In this document: positions 27,110 through 40,574 of the stretch, piece by piece
Position numbering within the stretch: the stretch's first letter is position 1
Layout of the letters: each line of letters opens with the position of its first letter
Origin: Octopus vulgaris
Lineage: Eukaryota
Direction of reading: 5' to 3'
DNA: 64,000 nt
Assembly (NCBI GenBank): GCA_951406725.2
Contig: OX597816.1
Span: forward strand, 103,912,001 to 103,976,000
Notes under the pieces: generated by a model
What the model saw: only the letters and a program-made list of their open reading frames with translations
Database searches by the model: none
Told to the model about the DNA's origin: nothing
Made by a program: the position numbers and the translations under genes

Positions 27110-28265
27110 GTCAGTAGTGGGGATGGGTGCGTTGATAGTGTAACTGCTAGAGTAAGAATAGCCTATGCAAAGTTTAGAGAGCTCTTACCTCTGCTGGTGA
27201 CTAAAGGCCTCTCGCTCAGAGTAAAAGGCAGACTGTATGATCCATGTGTACGAACAGCCATGCTACATGGCAGTGAAACATGGGCCGTGACTGCTGAGGA
27301 CATGCGTAAGCTCTTTAGGAATGAAGCCAGTATGCTCCGATGGATGTGTAATGTCAGTGTGCATACTCGACAGAGTGTTAGTACCTTGAGAGAAATGTTG
27401 GACCTAAGAAGCATCAGTTGTGGTGTGCAAGAGAGACAATTGCGCTGGTATGGTCATGTGGCGAGAATGGATGAAGATAGGTGTGGGAAAAAGTGCCAAT
27501 CCCTAGCAGTTGAGGGAACCCGTGGAAGAGGTAGACCCAGGAAAACCTGGGACGAGGTGGTGAAGCATGACCTTTGAACTTTAGGCCTCACTGAGGAAAT
27601 GACCAGCGACTGAGACCTTTGGAAGTATGCTGTACGTGAGAAGACCAGGCAGGACAAGTGAGTCCAGCCCACCTATGCATGCCTTTCCTCCCTTGGACAC
27701 ACAAAGACCTATTGAGGCAAGCGAAGTTGATATCGAACCTCATCCAACAACAGGCACCCATGCCAACTTTGCTTGCAAAGACCTGTTGGGGCAAGTGAAA
27801 TCGAAATCGGAATCGAAATTGAACCAATCTTATGACTGGCACCCGGCAGATGCCAGGACCCCTGGACTGGTGGTACGTGAAAAGCACTATCCGAATTGTG
27901 GCCGATACCAGCGCTGCCTCGACTGGCTTCTGTGCTGGTGGCACGTAAAAAGCACCATCCGAATCATGGCTGAAGCCAGTGCCGCCTCGACTGGCTTCCG
28001 TGCCGGTGGCACGTAAAATGCACCAATCCGACCGTGGCCGATGCCAGCCTCACCTGGCACCTGTGCAGGTGGCACGTAAAAAGCACCCACTACACTTACA
28101 GAGTTGTTGGCGTTAGGAAGGGCATCCAGCTGTAGAAACATTGCCAGATAAGACTGGAGCCTGGTGCAGCCTTCTGGTTTCCCAGATCCCCGGTCGAACC
28201 GTCCAACCCATGCTAGCATGGAGAATGGACGTTAAACGATAATGATGATGATGATGATGATGATG
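27110..28265 (+). mobile_element. RTE-clade LINE 3' part: RT C-terminus, minisatellite-containing 3' UTR, (GAT)n tail
   Basis: ORF 27197..27577 GRLYDPCVRTAMLHGSETW..LRWMC..LRWYGHVARM..GTRGRGRPRKTW, then about 65-bp tandem units and a (GAT)n tail. Confidence 0.9.
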
Positions 28266-28529
28266 ATATGTGTGTATATATATCCATCTATAAATTCCAT
28301 CCTATTTTTTGAAGTATTCATTGCATTGCTTGTGTGTGTATTTATCATAGGATTGGTGGGGTTTGAAGCTTTCGCTTTCATCTTTCGCAAGCAATATTTT
28401 CACCCTTCTTTTATTCAAATATTTAATATTATACCTATTAAGGTAGAAGTCTTGCTAACTGCACCATTATTACTGTTTTTAACAGTAATAAGGCTTTCAT
28501 ATAGTTGCTTTTATATATATATATATATA

Positions 28530-28782
28530 TCATCATCATCATCATCGGTTAGCGTCCGCTTTCCATGCTGGCATGGGTTGGACGGTGCAACTGAGGTCTG
28601 GAAAGCCAGAAGGCTGCACCAGGCCCAGTCTGATCTGGCAATGTTTCTACGGCTGGATGCCCTTCCTAACGCCAACCACTCCATGAGTGTAGTGGGTGCT
28701 TTTTACGTGCCACCGGCACAGGTGCCAGACGAGGCTGGCAAACAGCCACGGTCGGATGGTGCTTTTTACGTGCCACCGGCGT
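28530..28782 (-). mobile_element. 5'-truncated RTE 3' end (inverted relative to the 27110-28265 copy)
   Basis: Reverse complement of about 28010-28265. Confidence 0.8.
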
Positions 28783-28877
28783 ATATATATATATATATAT
28801 ATAGATAGATAGAGAGATAAAGAGAGAGAGAGAGAGAGGGATACATAGACACATGTACACACACACACACATACATG

Positions 28878-29122
28878 TAGTAAGCAAATAAGAATAGAAA
28901 GCTCAAAACATCACTATATGTGCTTCAATAACATGGTTGTTTATTTACAAAGCAAAATACTTTGCTAACTGAAGGCTGAATATTACCTGATGAAATGCAT
29001 GGCTATGTAACAATGTGGATTTGCATAATATTATGTTATGTGCATTGCATTGTTAATAAACAACCTCACTATTGAAGCATGCTTAGTGAAGTTTGGAGTG
29101 ATACATTCTTATTTGTTTACTA
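28878..29122. repeat. Old imperfect foldback with a degenerate CUGAUGA-hairpin remnant
   Basis: tagtaagcaaataagaat..tgcttcaata..ggttgtttatt pairs with aataaacaacc..tattgaagca..attcttatttgtttacta. Internal ctgatga-a-a-tgcat-ggct-atgta. Confidence 0.65.
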
Positions 29123-29345
29123 AATGATATTTCGTGTAATTATACTATTCATACATATAAAGATTTAAACGATGCCTGAGATCAAAATATAACTGTTTAT
29201 ATTTGTATGGACCATGCTCTTTCAGAGTAACCTGTTAGCCTAATATCTGTGGAGGTGTTTCTAAGTTAATTTACCAAAACCTGTATGATCTCCATTTTAT
29301 TATGTACATGTGTATGTGGTGTGTGTGTGCATGTGTGTGTGTTTG

Positions 29346-29382
<37 letters not shown>

Positions 29383-29383
<1 letters not shown>

Positions 29384-29592
29384 AAGTTAATCCAAACAAG
29401 AAAGCACAAAAAAACACAACAACGCGAGGACGTGGAACAAATATAGTATTATTGGATGCTCAGGAAGGAAGGGAAGAAGGAGGGTTTAAAGTTTCGAGCG
29501 GAGCTCTTCGTCAGAAACATAGAAGGAAAGATCCAGAGAAGGGAAGACAGAGGAAAAAAAATCGCCAACGGTACACACGCGGTCACATTTTG
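29383..29592 (-). mobile_element. Short (TA)n-flanked Penelope-pLTR-like element carrying a hammerhead motif
   Basis: A near-identical copy lies in the opposite orientation at 43503-43692. Confidence 0.7.
29484..29518 (-). ncRNA. Minimal type I hammerhead-like motif
   Basis: GUUU-CUGACGA-A-GAGC-UCC-GCUC-GAAAC-UUU-AAAC: intact core, stems I and II pair. The stem III palindrome is broken by one change relative to the 43559 copy. Confidence 0.6.
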
Positions 29593-29650
29593 AATATATA
29601 TATATAAATGCATATTGTCAGTATAAATTATAAATCTGAAAAAGAAGCAC

Positions 29651-29975
29651 ACTAAGTTATAGAGCAGTAGAGTATTTAGATAAAAATGGTTATGGACGCC
29701 CTATGGGGTTACCCTGGATTTTGTGTCCATAAATCACTTAGCTTTACAGTGTCTTGTCAGACCCTAGTGGCCAGTGGCCTATAACCCTTCTTCAAAGTGG
29801 ACAGAGAAAAGACCTTGTGGCTATTTGTTGAACATGCAGGCAAAGGTGAAAGGTTTCTCCCTGTTATAGGCCACTGGTGATTAGGGACTGATGAGATGCT
29901 GGAAAGCAAAGCACTTTATGGATGCAAAACCCAGGATAATGCCATAGACTGGCCATTACTGTCTTTATCTAAATA
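29651..29975. mobile_element. Foldback element, older copy of the 58651-58889 family
   Basis: Inverted arms tatttagataaa..cctggattttg..tccataaa / tttatgga..caaaacccagg..tttatctaaata. Shares the left extension ctaagttata..cagtagagta with the 58651 copy. Confidence 0.75.
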
Positions 29976-30457
29976 TACAAATATATATACAGTCATCTAA
30001 GAATCCATAAGTCAGAAAAAATCTGACATATTCATATGGGTCAATGAGGTCAGTATATTCATATTTATACAGTTCAGTATGATAGATCCATTTCAGTTGA
30101 TTTTTATCAATCACTTTCATACACAAGAGCACAGGGAAGAAACCAAGCTCAGCACACATCAGAAGGACTGGTAGGAAGAGTGTGGCAATCACTCTTTGCC
30201 ACTGACTGTTTGGAAATGTCATATCTGGTTTGTGAATGTTGTGGAAAACTGGGTTTTTCCCCACCATGCTCACATGTGTGAAACCAAGAGGTAAAGTCAG
30301 TTGAGATCTATAATACTGCAGTATATAGATCTTTAGATATGTATGTGTGTACTGGCCTTGTACCAAAATTTGAAACCAATACATGTGTGTATGTGTTAAT
30401 GTGCGCATAATTACAATATGTGTGTGTATATGTGTATGCACACACTGATATATATAT

Positions 30458-30840
30458 GGAGGTGCAATGGCCCAGGGGTTAGGGCAGCGGTCTCACGATC
30501 AAAGGTTCGTAGTTTCGCTTCCCAGACTGGGTGTTGTGAGTGTTTATTGAGCAAAAACACCTAAAGCTCCACAAGGCTCTGGCAGGTGGTGGTGGCAAAC
30601 CCTGCTGTACTCTTTCACCAAAATTTTCTCTCACTCATTCTTCCTGTTTCTGTTGTACCTGTATTTCATAAGGGCCAGCCTTGTCGCACACTGTGTCATG
30701 CTGAATCTCCCCAAGAACTACGTTAAGGGTACACATGTCTGTGGATTGCTCAGCCACTTACATGTTAATTTCATGAGCAGTTTGTTCTGCTGATTGGGTC
30801 AACTGGAACCCTAGTTGTTGTAACTGACGGAGTGCCACAC
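30458..30840 (+). mobile_element. tRNA-derived SINE (second family)
   Basis: Head ggaggtgcaatggcccag.ggttagggcagcgg..gtttcg.ttccc, shared with 51020-51318, followed by poly-A/(TA)n. Confidence 0.75.
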
Positions 30841-30844
30841 ATAT

Positions 30845-31290
<446 letters not shown>

Positions 31291-32420
31291 GTGAAAGATA
31301 GAGAAGTGTATCTTTGCTTGTGTGTAGTTTATGTGTATGTATTTGATATTTAGTGAAAAGTTTACAGAGCTGATTCTGTTTGGGTTTTAGGAAAAAATTT
31401 GTTCAGTTAATCATTTTAGTTAATCTTCCATGCTTGCTTTTGGTTGGAAGTAGACATTATTGTGGTAGTACTTTATGGCCTCACCTGCTTTTCATGTAAG
31501 TGTTTTCGTGTTACACCATTTTCCACAATTTGTAAACACAGAGCCACAGTAGATATAGTTTAGAGGTAATTTCAACTTGACGTTAGTTTCTTTGCACAAT
31601 AATGTTCTCTGTATATCATGGAAATTTTTAGCATGTTCCCACACACTAGATTATCAAATTCACTGCTGGATTTTGCCTCACAGAACAAATTTCTATCTTT
31701 AAACTTTGAGTGTGAGGCACTAAGCTCTGACTGTGTGGGAATGTGCTAGAAATTAATGTACACATCATTATTTTGATCCTCACCGCATTGTGTATGTATA
31801 CTGGATTAATTCCAGCTTGGCTTAGCTTCAGTACCCACCAGCAAATATTTTGATAGTGTTTTCTTTATTAAGCAGAAGCTCCCAGTTAGTTTCAAATGAG
31901 TGAGAATATATCTATTGTTTAGGAGTTAAAAATCTCCATGCAACCTTGAGTCTGGTAGTCCTCCAGCAGCATTTGATGCTTTGTATGTCTTTAAACACAA
32001 AGTCTTTAAGGATTCTATAAATTTTTTAAAAGTCATAACTTCCTGTCCAACCAACTTTAAATGTTTATTTCATGATTCACGAAATAACCATAACTGCACC
32101 ATTTATAGACATTTATAAACCATTGTATCGTTCTGAAAGTTGAGTTCAATTTAATGATAGTTTATGTAAAATTTGGAGAAACAGTGTGTGTGAAGATTTT
32201 CAGCTTTATAAAAGCTCTATATATGTTTATATGCATGTGTGTATGTATGTGGTAAGTAGGTTTCTTTTTATGTTCAATTATAATAAAAACAATTATACAC
32301 TAATCTTATGGGTTACTCTATACTTTTGTAGAGTACAAATTTATTATTGTTATACAAGAATGGTGTTGGCAGTAACTTAGAAATTTCAGCCAGCTAAGCT
32401 AGTGTTGGACTGCATACACA

Positions 32421-32468
<48 letters not shown>

Positions 32469-33531
32469 GATACACCTTTTACTTGTTTCAGTTGTTTGAC
32501 TTTGGACATACTGGAGCACCATCTTGGGTTTTTTTTTAGTTGAACGAATCAACGCCAGGCCTTTTTTTTAAGCCTAGTACTTATTCTATTGGTCTCTTTT
32601 GCCAAATCACTAAATTAAGAGATGTAAGCACACACCAACACCAATTGTCAAGTGGTGATTGGGGGATATACACAGATACAAAGACACACACACACACATT
32701 ATATATATATATATATATATATATCTTCATTTAAGCAAAACTTCCAGGTTAATCTTCTCCATTCAGTATGAGAATTAAAATACCGTAAGTGCTGAGGAAG
32801 AGAGTCTTTCCACAAGGTAAACATGATATTATAATCTTTGGGGGGCTTCTATAGAATTGAGGTACTTTAATAACAAAGACACTGAGATAGAGTTGAGGAC
32901 AGCATGCCCATGTATCAAAAGTGTGTATGGACTCTCACATACTTACTAAAGCATATACGGACTTGTCCTTCCAGTTATGCATTCATTCACAAGTACAGAC
33001 TAAATACACTTAATGTATACATAAAACCACACAGCATACTCTGGCATGCAGTTCATGGACTCTACCTTGGGTATTAAAATACCTCTATTCTATTGGATCC
33101 TGAAAATGATTATATACGAAGGACATGCCACCTGGGTAGGCAAGGTAGACAGTGCCTACCCTGAATCAAATAGATCAATAATAACATTTTCCTTTTATGA
33201 CAAAATGTGCACCTAATTCAATAAAATTATGAAGGTTACTCTGATTACTCTGCATAAAATACAAAATATTATATTTTTTGTAGATTAGATAGGCATAATT
33301 CACCCCTGGTTTTCAATCTCAGTATTAATGCTACACATAATATTGCTGTAGTATATGAGCTGCATACATTCCTACAAATAATGTTTTCTTTACGTGCTAC
33401 AAAGGCAGAAGTGAATCTGCCTGCAACTCAGTCATGTGCCTGTGTTTTGCCTATTTTTTTGTGTGTTTTACTACATAAATGTCACCAACTGCCTACTCTG
33501 AGTAATTACTGACAGCACATGCCTGTTATAT

Positions 33532-33580
<49 letters not shown>

Positions 33581-34511
33581 GATAGATAGATATACATGCA
33601 CACATACACATATATTTGTGTGTGTGTGTGTGTGCATGTAAGGAGAAAAATTTCTTGGTACTTTGGTAGTGTATAATAATTCATTTTGTCTGATGCAGCA
33701 GACTATTTCATTATTGGAGTCTCTCTGATGTCAAGCCAGTTAGTCTGATGGAGTTATTTTAAGGGTGAAGCATATCAGACATCTTCCACTGCTGACAGTG
33801 AATGGATGCATATGACTGGATGAGTGGTTTAACTGCAATTAGAAGTATATGATAAGCTGGCCATCTGCTGGCTTCACAATATAAAGAGGTTTTAGCTATG
33901 ATTCAGCTGGATTAAAAAAAAAAAGAAAAAAAAAAAACCACAAGAATTTATTTGCCACTGTTTGGTATCTCTACCACTATGCTACCAGTGAGCAGTATTT
34001 TCTGAGAGCAGAAATGACACTGCCACTCGAATGTCTACCATTTTACTATTCTCTTCAATTCCTACATTAACTGTATGTGTTTCTCTTTTCTTTTTCGTAT
34101 ATATTTTCTTTTGTCTTGTCTTTCTTCCTTTTTTTTTTTATTCGTTTCTTTTGTTTCCGATTCCTGACTTAACCTTATTTGTATTATGATACCAATAAAT
34201 GGTCTCCTAATTATGTATTGCTGTTCCATCTGCCACACACCTTTCAGCCAATTCTATGATTACACCCATCTCCATGATGAAAAGAAATGTATTTTGCATT
34301 GTCCATCCAGTTTATTCTATCTGATAAACTGGCTTGATGTTGGTGAAACTCCAGAGTAATAGACAATTGAATCAGACTATGTAAATAATAGACCTGTATG
34401 TATGTTTTTGTATAACGGGATGGTTTACGAAAATAAACAAAAGACTAAGGCAGGTGGAGTACAAACAAACAAATGTATTAATATGGTGCTCGGGAATAGA
34501 AATAGAACAAG

Positions 34512-34549
34512 TCTTTTACGTTTCGAGCCTATGCTCTTCGACAGAAAGA
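34512..34549 (-). ncRNA. Minimal type I hammerhead-like motif (position-6 variant)
   Basis: UCUUU-CUGUCGA-A-GAGC-AUAG-GCUC-GAAA-CG-UA-AAAGA: 5-bp stem I, 4-bp stem II, palindromic ACGU, GUA triplet. Confidence 0.6.
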
Positions 34550-34739
34550 TACACAGAAAAGAAACAAGGAGAGAAAAAAATGCATGTAGGAGCTAGCGGT
34601 CTATCATGGCATTCTGACTTCAGGCAGAGGTCAGACGTTAGACGCTAGAGGGATAGTAGGGGAGATAACAGGGTCAAGTGACTTCCAAAACGAAGGTGGC
34701 CCCAACACGATGGTGCGTGTGTGTATAAGAGAGTGTGAA

Positions 34740-35320
34740 AGAGGGCTGGTGGTCTGGACGTGTGTATGTATGTGTGTGTGGGTGTGGAGATATGGGGATG
34801 GGTGTGTAGGTGGTGTGTTGTGATATGATATGTGTATGTATGTGTAGATGTAAAGATGTGGGGGATGGGTGTGTGAGTGGTGTGTTGTGATGTGATGTGT
34901 AATGTGGGTGGTGTGTTGTGATGTGATGTGTAATGTCATATGGTGTAGTGTAGTGTGGTGTGATGTTGTGGGGAGGTGGGGGCGAGAGTGGGGAAAGCCC
35001 ATGTGGGGTGTGGGTTCGGTTGGGGGTTGGGGTTGAGTGGGGGTTGTGGGGAGAGTGAGAGGGGGAGGGGAGAGGATAGGGGGAAGGAGGGGAGAGGATA
35101 GGGGGAAGGAGGGGAGTAGTAGGGAGAGGAGGAGGAGGGAAGAGGGAGAGGAGGAGGAAGGGAGGGGGGAGAGAAGGGGAGTGAGGGAGCAGAGAGAAAG
35201 AGAGAAGGGGAAGAGAGAAGAAGAAAGAAGAAGAGAGAAGAAGGAAGATGAGGGAAAGAGAGTAGGGGTGAAATGTATATGTATACATGTATGTATGTGT
35301 GTGTGTGTGTGTCGATGGTA
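34740..35320. repeat. GT-rich then G/A-rich low-complexity tract (G-quadruplex-prone on +)
   Basis: Many G3-G6 runs at about 34970-35180. It accounts for the spurious Pro/Leu/His-rich ORFs. Confidence 0.85.
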
Positions 35321-35990
35321 ATGAATAGAAGAAAAAGCATTTAAAACAACTTGTTGAGTGTACTTTAAGTAACTGGCTGAGCCATAGACAAATACTTGGA
35401 GATACTGCTCAAAATTACTCATCTTGGGAAAAGCAAAATAATTCAAATGACAGAAAAGAAATATAGACACTTTCCAAATGTCACATGACTGACATGTAAA
35501 AAACAATCTATAGATTTAGTAGGGATCAGTTAACTGGTATAGCAAAGGAGATTACTAATAAAGTTGGATTTGAATTTGGTGCGGTAGAACATTCAATAAG
35601 TATATAAATAAATAAAGTATTCTTGTATGACCAGAGGCACACATGCATACATGTATTGGCACAATCACACATACACATGTACAGGTTCATTTATAATTAC
35701 ACATATATGCATATACACATGTAAAAAGACACAGCCACATCCATATACATACACAAGCATATGTATTCATTTATAGTACTGCTGAAGTTACTCTTTCTCT
35801 CTTGCTACTCATAGTTTTTCATACACCAATAATATAAGCAACACTATATGAGAATCTGTGTTTTGTAACAGAAGCACCTCAATACCAAAAATATTTATGC
35901 TCTAATTCAGTATAGAATCTTTTTATTTTTTCTGCAAACAGAAAGATATACATACATATGTACATATGTGTCACTAAAAAAAACAAAACA

Positions 35991-37797
35991 GGTGTCACTA
36001 AAGAACATTACAGCTAAATAAAGAAAATTTGGACCTCAGAACTCCCTGCATTCAATAAAACAATAGCCCACAATGTGTTTGCAGTGCCAGTACTCATACA
36101 AACATTTGGGCTGCTTGATTGGATACTTGATGAGATCTGAGCCATTGATGTGAAAACCTGAAAAATACTAACAAACACACATAATTTCCACATAAACAGT
36201 GATGTAGACCACCTCTATCTAAAACGTAAACAAGGCAGAAGAGGCTTAACATTGATCCAAAATGCCCTTGAATGTCACATCATATCCCTTCAGCAACATC
36301 TTTTAACCACAAAGTGTCGAAGTGCATCCCTTTATCAAGTTTGCATACATGAGACTGATAACATCATAAGACTTGGAAGGCAGCTACTTGAGCAACACTC
36401 TTTGTCTGATAACCTAGAATACATGCCCAAAGAAGTCGCACAACCCTACCGCAATGTATCATCTGATGGAAGGATGAGTCTATATGAGCAGAAGACTATG
36501 CATGGATATGTTACTAGAAAGTTCCTTGATGAAAGTAACATTGATCATCAGAATAGTTTATCATGGACCAATAGCTGGATTACTACCTCCCACTCTGAAA
36601 GGTATGCATTTGCAATCCAGGAACAGGAAATATCAACCAAGTACCTAATGCACAAAAGGGATAGAGATGCAGGTAAAGCCATAAAGTATGACAACCGATA
36701 CAGACTTTGTGGAATTCACACTGAAGATACCACCCACATTATTTGTCCAAAAATGTCATCGCGTTCTTTGAAAATGTCATCACAGTATTATCTACCAATG
36801 ACACAACGTTGTAGCTAGGATGCTCTATAATGAAATCCTTCAGAAGGATAATCCTGAGGACAAAGAAACAGGAATCCACATTATGGTAGAAGCCATAGCC
36901 ACTCATATTAAAAAAGAATACTGGTGGAATGTTCCAGTGAAGACCTCAATAAAATGTAAGCACAACAGACCCTGATATAATGATTTGGAGTAGAGAAGAG
37001 AAACTGTGCATAGTTGTGGAAATTAGCTGCCCAGCAGATGTTAACATAAAGCTGAAGCTCAGAGAAAAAGAGAACACCTATGCTGAACTATTGAGAAATC
37101 TGCAGTTACTCTATCCAGATCACAATTTGAGGTTTATACCTGTAATTATTGGGACCCTGGGATATGCAACACACTGCCTAAATACCAATCTTGAGAAACT
37201 GGGCTTCTCAAGACCAGGAGAAAGCTAATTTGAATTCTACAGATCCAATCCATCACAGGAACTGTAAAAATCTGTAAAACTTTCCAGTTTATCATTTAAA
37301 TATATATGAGCATGTCTAGATATGTAACTATATGCATGAGAATACATACACACATACATACATACCAGAAAGTTCTGTGATGAAAGTAACATCGATCATC
37401 AAAGCAGATTATCATGGATCAATAGCCAGATTACTACTTTGAAGAGTATGCATTTGCAATCCAGGCAATATCAACCAAGTTCCTGATGCACAAAAGGGAT
37501 ACATACATACATACAAGCATACATACATACATACTTACATACATACATACAAGCATGCATACATACATACATACATACATACATACATACAAGCATATGT
37601 ACGTACATACATACATGCATGCGTGCATGCATACATGCATGCATGCGTGCATACGTACATACATACATACATACATACTTACATACAAATAAAAATACCC
37701 TGTTGTTGATGTTGAAATTCCAATGAGGGGAGCCTTGGATCTAGGTTAGAAACTGGTTCTCTCTTTGTTGTCAAGAAATCTTGAAATAAACTGAATG
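35991..37797 (+). mobile_element. Decayed R4/Dong-like non-LTR retrotransposon 3' half (restriction-like endonuclease)
   Basis: KKIWTSELPAFNKTIAHNVFAVPVL; FAIQEQEISTKY..RLCG..EDTTHIIC (CCHC remnant); KHNRP/DIMIW..VVEISCP..KENTYAEL..IPVIIGTLG (PD-D/ExK RLE). The 3' UTR is interrupted by (TACA)n. Confidence 0.85.
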
Positions 37798-37904
37798 ATC
37801 ACACACACACACACACGCACACACACATGCACACATACACACAAACATCATGCATCCATGCGCGATCATGCATGCACACACACACACACACATACAGACA
37901 TAAT

Positions 37905-38505
37905 AAGAAGGAGTACTGGTGAAATATTCCAATGAAAACCTCAATAAAATGTAAACATAATAGAGCTGACATAACGATTTAGGATTTAGAAATCAGCTGT
38001 CCAACAGATGTAAACATAAAGCTAAAGATCAGTGAAATACAAAATATCTACACCGAACTATTGAGAAATTTACAACTACTCTCCCTAGATTACATGTTCA
38101 GGTTTATACCAGTAATTATTGGGGCGGCAGGATATGTAATACATTGTCTAAGTACCAATCTTGAGAAATTAAGCTTCTTAAAACCAGAAAAGAGAAAGCT
38201 GATTCAAAGACTACAAATCTAAGCCATCACAGGAACTGTAAAAATCTTTAAAACTTTCCATAAGTTTATCATTTAATTATATATGTGCATGTCTAGACAT
38301 GCAACTATATGCACAAGACTACATGCATAAAACAAAACATACAAATCTGCACAAGCATTAACTCCTAATACTACACAAATACATATATACCTGCAAAAAT
38401 ACCCTGTTAATGTTGTTGAAATTTCAATGAAGGAGCCTTGAATCTAGATTAGAAACCAGCTCTTTCTCTATTGGCAAGAATTCTTGAAATAAAACTGAAT
38501 AATGA
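37905..38505 (+). mobile_element. Second, diverged 3'-end copy of the same R4/Dong-like element
   Basis: Aligns with about 36915-37340 plus 37690-37797 (same RLE end and 3' UTR). Confidence 0.8.
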
Positions 38506-38547
38506 CATACATACATATATACATATGAACGTATGTACATGGCAGTG

Positions 38548-38795
38548 AAATACAAGTATCAACTTCCAATTTAGTGTCGGGTGTGAATAAGACCACCAAA
38601 AACCACACTGCCTATTGCATGGCTTAACAAGGGATACATTCAGAACTTAAGTAGAGGGGTCTGCAATATATTTTTTGAACAGTCTCCTCTACCTAATATC
38701 TGGATGTGTCCCTTGTTAATCCACGCAATGGACAATGTTGTTTATGGTGGTCTTGTTCACACCAGACACCAAACTGGAAGCTGGTATTTGTATTT
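38548..38795. repeat. Imperfect foldback hairpin, about 250 bp
   Basis: aaatacaagtatc..ggtgtgaataagaccacca..ttaacaagggatacat..gtagagg pairs with cctctac..atgtgtcccttgttaa..tggtggtcttgttcacacc..ggtatttgtattt. Confidence 0.8.
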
Positions 38796-40574
38796 GACCT
38801 CTGAAGGATCTCTTAGGTAACTTTACTCAACAGGGTGCACAGCTCAGAGATTAGGGAGTTTCACCAGATTCAGCTGCCACTTCTCCACATTGAGAGGTTA
38901 CAACTCTGGTGCTACAGATTTGTGAACAGAATGTCACAAGAAATAATTGCATGAGAAATTCTCCAAGCTGAGCCAACCTGCAGGAAACCTAGGGTTTCAT
39001 CAAGAATGAGAACGTTGATAATATCCATAGTCTCAGTTAGTCATGCCTGGGAATCCAGCTGGAAAGTCTAATGATGGTTACTTCTAATAGGATCTTTTGG
39101 AGGCGGTGCCTGAAGACTCTATCCTTAATGACCCTGGATGGATGTGTGTGCATCTTCTTCTATGCTACCATAGGTTGGACAGCTATTTTTATGACTCTTC
39201 CTGTCACCAATCCTGATCTGTTTTTTAACAGAGCTAAGGATGTAATGTTCAGTAGGAATGCAAACAATGATACTGTTTTTTCACTTTAGTAAACTCAAGC
39301 AGAAATGATATACTTGCATGTGTGTACACACTTACTTGAGTACCCATCCATCCATAGTGGGCATAGACCAGTACTTATTTTTGTTTGTGTTGTACCTATT
39401 CAGTCAGATTTTTCTTGTCAAAAGCACTAAGTAAGAGGGACACAGTTGCCAAACAGTGTTGGTGAAGCTAACGACAAACAAAAAAACACACACACACATA
39501 CACACAGGCAGACAGCCAAACCCACACAGACACACACAATCACTCACTCATGTGCGCATGCACACACACGCACGCATGCATGTATTTGCGTGCACACATG
39601 CAACAGGCCTCTGCATAGTTTCTGTCAGCTAAATTTACTCACAAAGCATAACAAAGCATTAATTGGATCAGTTTTATAGTATATGACATTTGCTTGAGAT
39701 TCCAGTCAGTGAGATTAAATCTAAAATTATCCGGTTTTGAAGGGAAATTTTTATCCTCATTCCTATATTTATATTGGAACAGATACCACAGGACATTTCA
39801 TCTCTTGCTCTCACAAATACTACCAATCTCTCACCTGGACTGCTACTTTATTTATCAACCATGCATAAATAGATACACATTTACTTACATTCTCTGACAA
39901 GAAAGATATCATAAAAATAATTTTTCTCGAAACCCTTACAAGAAAATATTCTCATATTTGACCATAATTAATCTTTACATATATCAATGTAGCTGCTATT
40001 GTATTATAAAAGCATATGTCAACTGGAAATGATAGCATTAATTAAAACACATCCAACTGGGAAATGTGCATTGTTATAAATTTTCACACTATTTAACATT
40101 CACAGGGGAGAGGTTTGCTGATATGTATTGTATCGTATTGTGAGATAATACAGAATATTTTGATGAATGCTTTATGAACTATTGATAATGTGTTCCAAGA
40201 GATTGGTTCCTCTGCAAATATAATAAATCCTGTTGATACACATATATTTAAAGGGGTAGTGGAAGTGTTATTCAACACATATAATATTTTTTTTCTGCTC
40301 AACTGAGATCATCAGTTATTGAATCAAAGCTGCTGGAAATCTTTGTTGAAATATGAAGGTATAATGCCATTTTTGGGATAAACATTAAGGCAATAGTTAT
40401 CTGATGCAGAAAAACACAAGAAACAAAGAAAAAAGAAGACAATACTCTGAAACAGGGAGTGAACATTAAAAGACTAGTAATTTAAATTGCTCTTGAATTG
40501 ATAGGTCATACTGTAAACTTTGCTATTATTTATAAATTGTTGCATTGCCTTGCTTTATTGCTTTCCTTATTCAG

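Noticed and set aside
27868-28090. CRISPR-like periodic repeat (tggcacgtaaaaagcacc with spacers)
   Set aside because: The spacers are homologous to each other, the array sits in an RTE LINE 3' UTR, the context is eukaryotic, and there are no cas genes.
34631-35506. 291-aa Pro/Leu/His-rich ORF
   Set aside because: Low-complexity tract translation with no domain or splice support.
37715-37765. caatga..hairpin..gaaac in the R4-like 3' UTR (also at about 38420-38465)
   Set aside because: Neither copy has a CUGANGA core or a clear stem I.
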